64,000 bases of DNA, from contig CAZRJR010000001.1 of the NCBI GenBank assembly GCA_964600985.1, positions 45,319 to 109,318 of the forward strand, in the 5' to 3' direction. The stretch's first letter is position 1, and the number at the start of each line of letters is the position of its first letter. The position numbers and the translations under genes were made by a program. Positions 58,345 to 64,000 of the stretch are shown in pieces. Source of the DNA: an uncultured Candidatus Saccharibacteria bacterium (lineage in GTDB: Bacteria > Patescibacteriota > Saccharimonadia > CAILAD01 > JADZBC01). Below the pieces are notes generated by a model, which saw only the letters and a list, made by a program, of their open reading frames with translations, was not told the origin of the DNA and ran no database searches.

Positions 58345-61300
58345 ATGAGTAATCAATCCCCCAAATACAATCCGCAAGACATCGAACCCAAATGGCAAAA
58401 GATTTGGGATGAAACTGGTGTGTACACCGCTAACTTAGAGAGTGATAAGCCCAAGTACATTGCCATGAGTATGTTTAACTACCCTAGTGGTGCCGGCATT
58501 CACATTGGCCACGCTATGAACTACACCATAAGTGATGTAAAGGCGCGCTTTAAGCGCCAACAGGGATTCGAAAGCTATCATCCGGTTGGCTGGGATGCCT
58601 TTGGTTTACCGGCCGAAAACTATGCCATTAAGGCAGGTGTGAGTCCACAAGAGAGCATGGCTACCATCATCCCGAGCTATCATAAACAATACAAGGCCAT
58701 GGGTTGGAGCAATGACTGGGAGAAGGAAATATCTACCCACTTACCCGAATACTACAAGTGGACTCAATGGATATTTAGCCAAATGTACAAGCACGGCTTG
58801 GCGTACCAAGACAAGCGGATGCAGTGGTGGTGCAACAAGTGTCAGACTGTGCTTGCCAACGAGCAAGTGATAGACGGCAAATGCTGGCGGCACGACGGCG
58901 CAGATGATCCTATGGTAGAAAAAAAGGAAGTAAAGCAGTGGTTCTTTAAGATTACCGAGTATGCCGATGAGCTCTTAGAAGCAACTGATGATCTTGATTG
59001 GACTGAGAGTGTGAAGACAGCACAAAAGAATTGGATCGGCCGGAGCGTGGGAGCAGAAGTTAAGTTTGCAGTGGAAGGCAGCGAAAAATCTATTACAGTC
59101 TTTACTACCCGAGCCGATACACTCTTTGGTGCTACATTCCTAGTACTTGCTCCTGAGCATGAGTTGGTAAATAAACTTACCACTCCAGAGCAAAAGGAGG
59201 AAGTTGAGGCGTATATTGCGGCTGCCGCTCTTAAGACCGAGGTTGATCGCCAAGCAGCCAAGCAAAAAACGGGTGTATTCACTGGGGCGTACGCAATTAA
59301 TCCAGTAAATGGTGAGAAGGTGCCAATCTGGATAGCGGACTACGTGCTAACTGGTTACGGTACAGGTGCAATTATGGCGGTGCCAGCGCATGACGAACGA
59401 GACAATGAATTTGCAAAGAGGTTCAATCTGCCAATAGCTCCAGTTATTAAGCCGGTGACCGGCGTTCCTCAGGAGAACCCCGAGTACCGGAAGAGTATTG
59501 TTGCAATCGTATACAATCCGCGAACAGAAAAGTACCTTTCGATTAATTGGGGCAAAGATGGTGGCAATATATTCATCGGTGGCGGTCAAGAAGAGGGTGA
59601 AGATATTGTGACAACTGCCTTGCGCGAGATTCGTGAAGAAACAGGTTATCAGAATGTCAAACATACTGCTACTACGCCAACAGACATTGAGCACCACTAC
59701 TTTGCACATAGTAAGAGGGTAGCTAGAAGGATTGATTGTTCTGGATTACTATTTGAGCTAGAAGATGATCAACAATTTCAACAATCACTTGAGGCTGATG
59801 AACAGGGTAAATTTACAATTGATTGGCTAACAAAAGACGAAGTACTAAAGAGTGTTAAAGATGAACTACATAGAACATGCTTTGAACAGCTTGTATTAGA
59901 ACAAGTTTTTACAGCAGAAGGCCTGCTTATTAACTCAGGGGCATATAACGGCATGACTACGAGTGAAGCGCGTGATAGGATAATTACCGATTTGGCAGGC
60001 AAGATTGGTGATGAGGCTGTTGACGTTGAGTACACTACTAATAGCGAGCCGGTCTTTATACAGAAAGTTTCAGGAAGTGCCGTAAAGAAAGATCAGCCCT
60101 TTGTAGAACGTGAAGCTATTACGGCAATCGTAAAGCATTGGAAAGAAGATAAATATATTGGCCTAAAGTGGAAGCAAGTTGATTGGGAGACGTTGATTAC
60201 AGGTGGAGTTGAGGATGGCCAAACTCCAGAGGAAGCTGCTATCGCTGAGATTCGTGAAGAAACAGGTTACTTACACCCAGTTCTTAAGCAGGATTTCGGC
60301 ACAATGCATGCTAAGTTCTTCCATGTTCCAAAGAACGAGAACAGACACGCACACTTCTCTTGCTTGTACTTTGAATTGGCCGATGGGGTGAGAGAGGAGA
60401 TTGCTGAAGAAGAACAGCAGAATCATGAAGTTGTATGGTTGAGTGCTGAAGAAATGACAAGTTTTAAGCTACCAGCTTCGCACCGGTATATGTGGGATCA
60501 ACTTAGAGGGAATTCTTCTGGCTTAGCTGCGGAAAAAGTTAATTACAAAATGCGTGATTGGTCAGTATCACGTCAGCGCTACTGGGGTGCGCCGATACCG
60601 ATTGTGAATTGTGAAAAGTGCGGAACAGTATTGGTCCCAGAGGACGAGTTACCAGTAGAGTTGCCAGAGCTTACCGACTTCGTGCCAAGTGGTGATGGCC
60701 GCAGTGCCTTGGCCCGTGCTACTGATTGGCTCAACACTACCTGCCCTGATTGTGGTGGGCCGGCTGAGCGAGAGACGGATACCTTAGACACGTACATTTG
60801 TTCTAGTTGGTATATGTTCCGCTACTTTGATCCGCGCAATCAGCAAGAGATCTTTGAATCCAACGTAGTTAACAAGTGGATGCCGATCGATTTTTATAAT
60901 GGTGGCGATCATGCTACTGCCCATATGCTTTATGCACGGTTTGTAACCCGATTCTTTAGCAAGATTGGTTTGGTGAACAGCCCGGAGCCCTTTAAGCAGT
61001 TCCTATTTAACGGGAAGGTGCGGGCCAGTGATGGTAGCGCGTTTTCGAAGTCTAAGGGCAACGGCATAGATCCACTCGATGTAATTAATAATGGCTATGG
61101 CGCTGACGCTTTGCGCATGTACTTGATGTTCGCGGCTCCATTAGAGATTGACGCTCGTTGGGATCCGCAAGGGGTGCCGGGTACATTCCGGTTCCTCTCG
61201 CGGTTGTGGAACTTGGTTAGTGAATACCAAGCTGCGCCACAGAGTGAGTTGAGCGAAGCAGCGGGCCGGACAGTACTTAGTCCCATGCATGCTATGGTCA

Positions 61301-61743
61301 AAAAAGCTTCGCAAGATATCGAAGAAAACCACTATAATACTGCCATTGCGGCGATTATGGCTGGGCTCAATGACTTGTATAAGCAAAGGAGCACGCTAGT
61401 GCGAGGCAAGGTGTGGCAGCAAGCGCTCGAGATGATCGTGGCTACTGTAGCGCCATTTGCGCCACACATTGCGGATGAGTTGTGGCAGCAGCTCGGTCAC
61501 AGCAGCAGCGTGCACAAGGACACTTGGCCGAAGTGGGATGAGGCATACCTTGTGAGTGACGTTATCACGATCGTGGTGCAAGTAAATGGTAAGCTACGTG
61601 GTGAGTTCAGTGTATCTACCGATAGTACAAAGGAGGACTTGGAAGTAGAAGCGCGCCGCTTGGCCGAAGAAAAGGGGTGGATAAAAGATGAGGTTAAACG
61701 AGTCGTGGTCGTGCCGGGGAGGCTGGTTAACATAGTAGTTTAG
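58345..61743 (+). CDS. leuS: Leucyl-tRNA synthetase with two Nudix insertions
   Basis: YPSG.GIHIGH, GWDAFGLPAEN, FTTRADT, GTGAIMAVPAHD, RDW.VSRQRYWG, FSKSKGN; two Nudix boxes. Confidence 0.96.
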   Translation: MSNQSPKYNPQDIEPKWQKIWDETGVYTANLESDKPKYIAMSMFNYPSGAGIHIGHAMNYTISDVKARFKRQQGFESYHPVGWDAFGLPAENYAIKAGVSPQESMATIIPSYHKQYKAMGWSNDWEKEISTHLPEYYKWTQWIFSQMYKHGLAYQDKRMQWWCNKCQTVLANEQVIDGKCWRHDGADDPMVEKKEVKQWFFKITEYADELLEATDDLDWTESVKTAQKNWIGRSVGAEVKFAVEGSEKSITVFTTRADTLFGATFLVLAPEHELVNKLTTPEQKEEVEAYIAAAALKTEVDRQAAKQKTGVFTGAYAINPVNGEKVPIWIADYVLTGYGTGAIMAVPAHDERDNEFAKRFNLPIAPVIKPVTGVPQENPEYRKSIVAIVYNPRTEKYLSINWGKDGGNIFIGGGQEEGEDIVTTALREIREETGYQNVKHTATTPTDIEHHYFAHSKRVARRIDCSGLLFELEDDQQFQQSLEADEQGKFTIDWLTKDEVLKSVKDELHRTCFEQLVLEQVFTAEGLLINSGAYNGMTTSEARDRIITDLAGKIGDEAVDVEYTTNSEPVFIQKVSGSAVKKDQPFVEREAITAIVKHWKEDKYIGLKWKQVDWETLITGGVEDGQTPEEAAIAEIREETGYLHPVLKQDFGTMHAKFFHVPKNENRHAHFSCLYFELADGVREEIAEEEQQNHEVVWLSAEEMTSFKLPASHRYMWDQLRGNSSGLAAEKVNYKMRDWSVSRQRYWGAPIPIVNCEKCGTVLVPEDELPVELPELTDFVPSGDGRSALARATDWLNTTCPDCGGPAERETDTLDTYICSSWYMFRYFDPRNQQEIFESNVVNKWMPIDFYNGGDHATAHMLYARFVTRFFSKIGLVNSPEPFKQFLFNGKVRASDGSAFSKSKGNGIDPLDVINNGYGADALRMYLMFAAPLEIDARWDPQGVPGTFRFLSRLWNLVSEYQAAPQSELSEAAGRTVLSPMHAMVKKASQDIEENHYNTAIAAIMAGLNDLYKQRSTLVRGKVWQQALEMIVATVAPFAPHIADELWQQLGHSSSVHKDTWPKWDEAYLVSDVITIVVQVNGKLRGEFSVSTDSTKEDLEVEARRLAEEKGWIKDEVKRVVVVPGRLVNIVV

Positions 61744-61766
61744 TCCCTCTCATGCCAAAAAGCCTT

Positions 61767-61796
61767 CGACTCCGCCCCGGAAGTGGGGCGGAGTCG
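61767..61796 (-). terminator. Hairpin downstream of cassette F
   Basis: cgactccgcccc-ggaagt-ggggcggagtcg, then aaggcttttt on the minus strand. Confidence 0.75.
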
Positions 61797-61812
61797 TTGT
61801 TGTACGAGCTGC

Positions 61813-62172
61813 TCAGGCCTGTGCTTGCACCTTGTACTCGCGTTCCTGGGGGTTCTGAGCGTGGAACTCCACAGCCTTCTCGAACAGCAAGATCTCGGTC
61901 TCGGAATCGCGTGCCAGGAATGCGTTGAGCCAGTCCTTCCAGCTTGCTTCGAACTCCCTTGGCAACGGGTAGGTGTGGTCGATGAACGAGAAAGAAGCCT
62001 TGATCTGCGTGGAGAGCGCGGTGTCCTCCACCTCTTCGAGAGACTGCTTGCCGCACATCAGGTGGCAGATCCTGTTCAGTTCTCTGATATCGGTCCACGC
62101 CACCCAACCGGTTGAGGGGCTAGTGAGGAAGCCCAGGGCTTCTGCGAATGTTCCTTGCAACTGCTTGGCCAT
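61813..62172 (-). CDS. GC-rich orphan protein (cassette F)
   Basis: AGGAGG at 62179-62184, 6 nt before ATG 62172; 119 aa. Confidence 0.7.
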   Translation of the reverse strand: MAKQLQGTFAEALGFLTSPSTGWVAWTDIRELNRICHLMCGKQSLEEVEDTALSTQIKASFSFIDHTYPLPREFEASWKDWLNAFLARDSETEILLFEKAVEFHAQNPQEREYKVQAQA

Positions 62173-62217
62173 TCCTGGCCTCCTTTGGTCCACAGGTTCA
62201 TTAGGTAGAACGAGAGT

Positions 62218-62246
62218 ATTATACAATTCATTGGTCGGTTGAGCAA
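62218..62246 (-). promoter_or_regulatory. Promoter TTGCTC-17-TATAAT
   Basis: Read directly; GTTCT 6 nt after the -10. Confidence 0.7.
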
Positions 62247-62299
62247 TAATGAGGCATTGCAAAGAATGCGAAAAAATGCTACAATTCGTAGCGAAGAAT

Positions 62300-62689
62300 A
62301 TGCTAATAAACATTCTGGATCTAAGCCGAAAGCCCGAGGGAACTCAAGATACTCGAGCCATTCACATTGACACTTTAGAAGACGTAGACTTGGCAAAGCC
62401 CTTTGAGGCCCAGGTAGAAGTTATGGTAATAACGCCACAGCACTTTTCGGTGCACACACGAGCTAGCCTGGTGGTAAACCGCACGTGTGATCGTTGCCTT
62501 AAACCCTACGAGTACCCACTGAGCCTGGACTTTACCCAAGAGTTTGCCGACGACAGCGATGACGCCGACTGGCCTATAGTAAACAACCAGATCGATGTGC
62601 TTGAGCCGATTCGCCAAGAAGTCTTACTAAACATTCCAATGAAAAGCTTGTGTTCACCAGATTGCAAAGGCATTCTTGAGCCACACTAA
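62300..62689 (+). CDS. yceD: YceD/DUF177 protein
   Basis: CDRCL and IRQEVLL.IPMK.LC..DCKG; upstream of rpmF. Confidence 0.88.
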   Translation: MLINILDLSRKPEGTQDTRAIHIDTLEDVDLAKPFEAQVEVMVITPQHFSVHTRASLVVNRTCDRCLKPYEYPLSLDFTQEFADDSDDADWPIVNNQIDVLEPIRQEVLLNIPMKSLCSPDCKGILEPH

Positions 62690-62716
62690 CTAATACCAAC
62701 AGGAAATAGGAACCTT

Positions 62717-62884
62717 ATGCCAGTACCAAAAAAACGCACCTCCAAAGCTACTAAGGGTCAGCGTCGTAGTCACGACAGCCTTAAGTCAACTCAGCTTGTA
62801 GTCGAAAAAACTTCGGGCACTAGCCTACCGCGACGATTGCACAAAGCTGCAGCACTGGGTATAGCACGAATTAAGAAAGTTTAG
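62717..62884 (+). CDS. rpmF: 50S ribosomal protein L32 (not in ORF track)
   Basis: MPVPKKRTSKATKGQRRSH; position between yceD and nusB. Confidence 0.92.
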   Translation: MPVPKKRTSKATKGQRRSHDSLKSTQLVVEKTSGTSLPRRLHKAAALGIARIKKV

Positions 62885-62892
62885 GCCATAGT

Positions 62893-63366
62893 ATGGCTTC
62901 GAATCGTCACCTCGGCCGGATCGTAGCGCTCCAAAGCTTGTATGAAAACGATTTTCGCAGCGATATAGCTGAGCTTGCTACAGACCTCGACGAGATAATT
63001 AAGCGAAACTTAAGCGTCTATGGCGAGAGTATAGAAGACACGAGTTTTGTATCCGACTTGGTTAAAGGTACGATCGAGCACCAAGAGCAGGAAGACGCCA
63101 TGATCGTGCCGGCAGCTCCGGAGTGGCCGATTGACCAGATTGCTAAAGTAGACCGAGCGATTCTGCGCATGGCCCTGTACGAACTAGCCATTAAGCGCGA
63201 CGTACCGCCCAAGGTGGTGATTAACGAGGCAGTTGAGTTGGCTAAGTCGTTTGGTGGGGACAATTCCAGTAAGTTTATAAACGGTGTGCTAGGTACTATT
63301 TATCGACAGAGTGATTTTTATGAACCAGAAGAAGACAAACAAGCCCAAGCTAAAAAGTCAGCGTAA
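62893..63366 (+). CDS. nusB: Transcription antitermination factor NusB
   Basis: RH.GR..ALQ.LYE, DRAILR, VVINEAVELAK.FG, FINGVLG. Confidence 0.96.
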   Translation: MASNRHLGRIVALQSLYENDFRSDIAELATDLDEIIKRNLSVYGESIEDTSFVSDLVKGTIEHQEQEDAMIVPAAPEWPIDQIAKVDRAILRMALYELAIKRDVPPKVVINEAVELAKSFGGDNSSKFINGVLGTIYRQSDFYEPEEDKQAQAKKSA

Positions 63367-63826
63367 GGGCGATTCGCGCGCCAAGGCAATACCGGAGTAT
63401 ACTGCTGGTGGCATAACGTTTCGTAGGACTAAAAGTGGTGCTATAGAGTTTTTGCTTATGCAAGACCACCGTTCGCGTTGGACAATTCCTAAAGGTCACG
63501 TAGAGTCGGGCGAGACGCTCGAACAAACTGCCTTGCGCGAGATGCAAGAAGAAGCCGGCCTTACTAAACTCAAAATTGTAGATCGCCTAGACAAAGTGCA
63601 TTTCTTTTACCGTCGCGAGGGTAAGCTGATATTTATGACGACCTTTATATTCCTTATGGAAGCACTCGACCCTGATGAGCCCTTGGTGTTAGAGGACATT
63701 CAATGGGTCCAGGACCTTAAATGGTTCCCGGCTGACCAAGCACGTGCTTTAATAGAGTATAAGGGCACTAAGCTACTACTCGATATGAGCGTGCAGAAGC
63801 TAAGAGAAATGGGGCTAGAGGTATAA
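63320..63826 (+). CDS. Nudix hydrolase (Ap4A-hydrolase-like)
   Basis: [31 protein letters not shown]. Start uncertain. Confidence 0.88.
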   Translation: MNQKKTNKPKLKSQRKGDSRAKAIPEYTAGGITFRRTKSGAIEFLLMQDHRSRWTIPKGHVESGETLEQTALREMQEEAGLTKLKIVDRLDKVHFFYRREGKLIFMTTFIFLMEALDPDEPLVLEDIQWVQDLKWFPADQARALIEYKGTKLLLDMSVQKLREMGLEV

Positions 63827-63827
63827 C

Positions 63828-64000
63828 ATGTTTGAGCAAAAGAAAATCGAAGACATACTAGGTATAGTATTTAGCTCCCCGGAGCTCATAAAGCGCGCCT
63901 TCGTGCACCGTAGCTATATAAATGAGCACCCTAAAGCCGGGCTAGAGCACAATGAGCGCTTGGAGTTCTTGGGTGACGCTGTGTTGGAGCTTGTAGTTAC
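63828..64000 (+). CDS. rnc: Ribonuclease III, 3'-truncated by window edge
   Basis: [26 protein letters not shown]. Confidence 0.95.
   Translation, partial: MFEQKKIEDILGIVFSSPELIKRAFVHRSYINEHPKAGLEHNERLEFLGDAVLELVV

Noticed and set aside
59452-60525. Inteins in LeuRS
   Set aside because: No Cys/Ser start with a terminal His-Asn, and no homing-endonuclease motifs at the insert borders.

Overview
This is chromosomal DNA from a small-genome bacterium, most likely Patescibacteria/CPR and probably Saccharibacteria-like. That call is inferred from the short AlaRS lacking C-Ala, tRNA-Arg(UCG), the ftsA-like/baseplate-J-like/ruvX/mltG block and ARLPxPGxDxGTWG surface proteins. TGA is read as stop. 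The backbone carries housekeeping genes: pyrB, nadK, murB, pgk, tpiA, ppa, rsmA, metG, tatD, iscS, mnmA, alaS, pcrA, obgE, mscL, murF, leuS, rpmF, nusB and rnc. It also carries four tRNAs and several cell-wall and surface genes. The main pattern is two coexisting expression grammars. About 20 backbone genes look leaderless, with a -10 box 5-8 nt before the start and no SD. Seven scattered single-transcript cassettes, mostly GC-rich orphans, have a leader, a strong SD and a 3' hairpin. Six of them have a -35/17 bp/-10 promoter, and several leaders begin with GTTCT. These look built for a different, possibly host (actinobacterial-like), translation system; this is a hypothesis. Other highlights are a LeuRS with two inserted Nudix domains, tandem gene units delimited by tRNA 3'-end repeats at tRNA-Lys and tRNA-Glu, and a four-peptide membrane operon. 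There is also a five-hairpin 3' RNA, an in-frame palindrome in mnmA, an AT-rich SpeD/transferase/7TM-kinase module and a recurrent TTAYGCTT intergenic motif. No CRISPR array, integrase, transposase or rRNA was seen.
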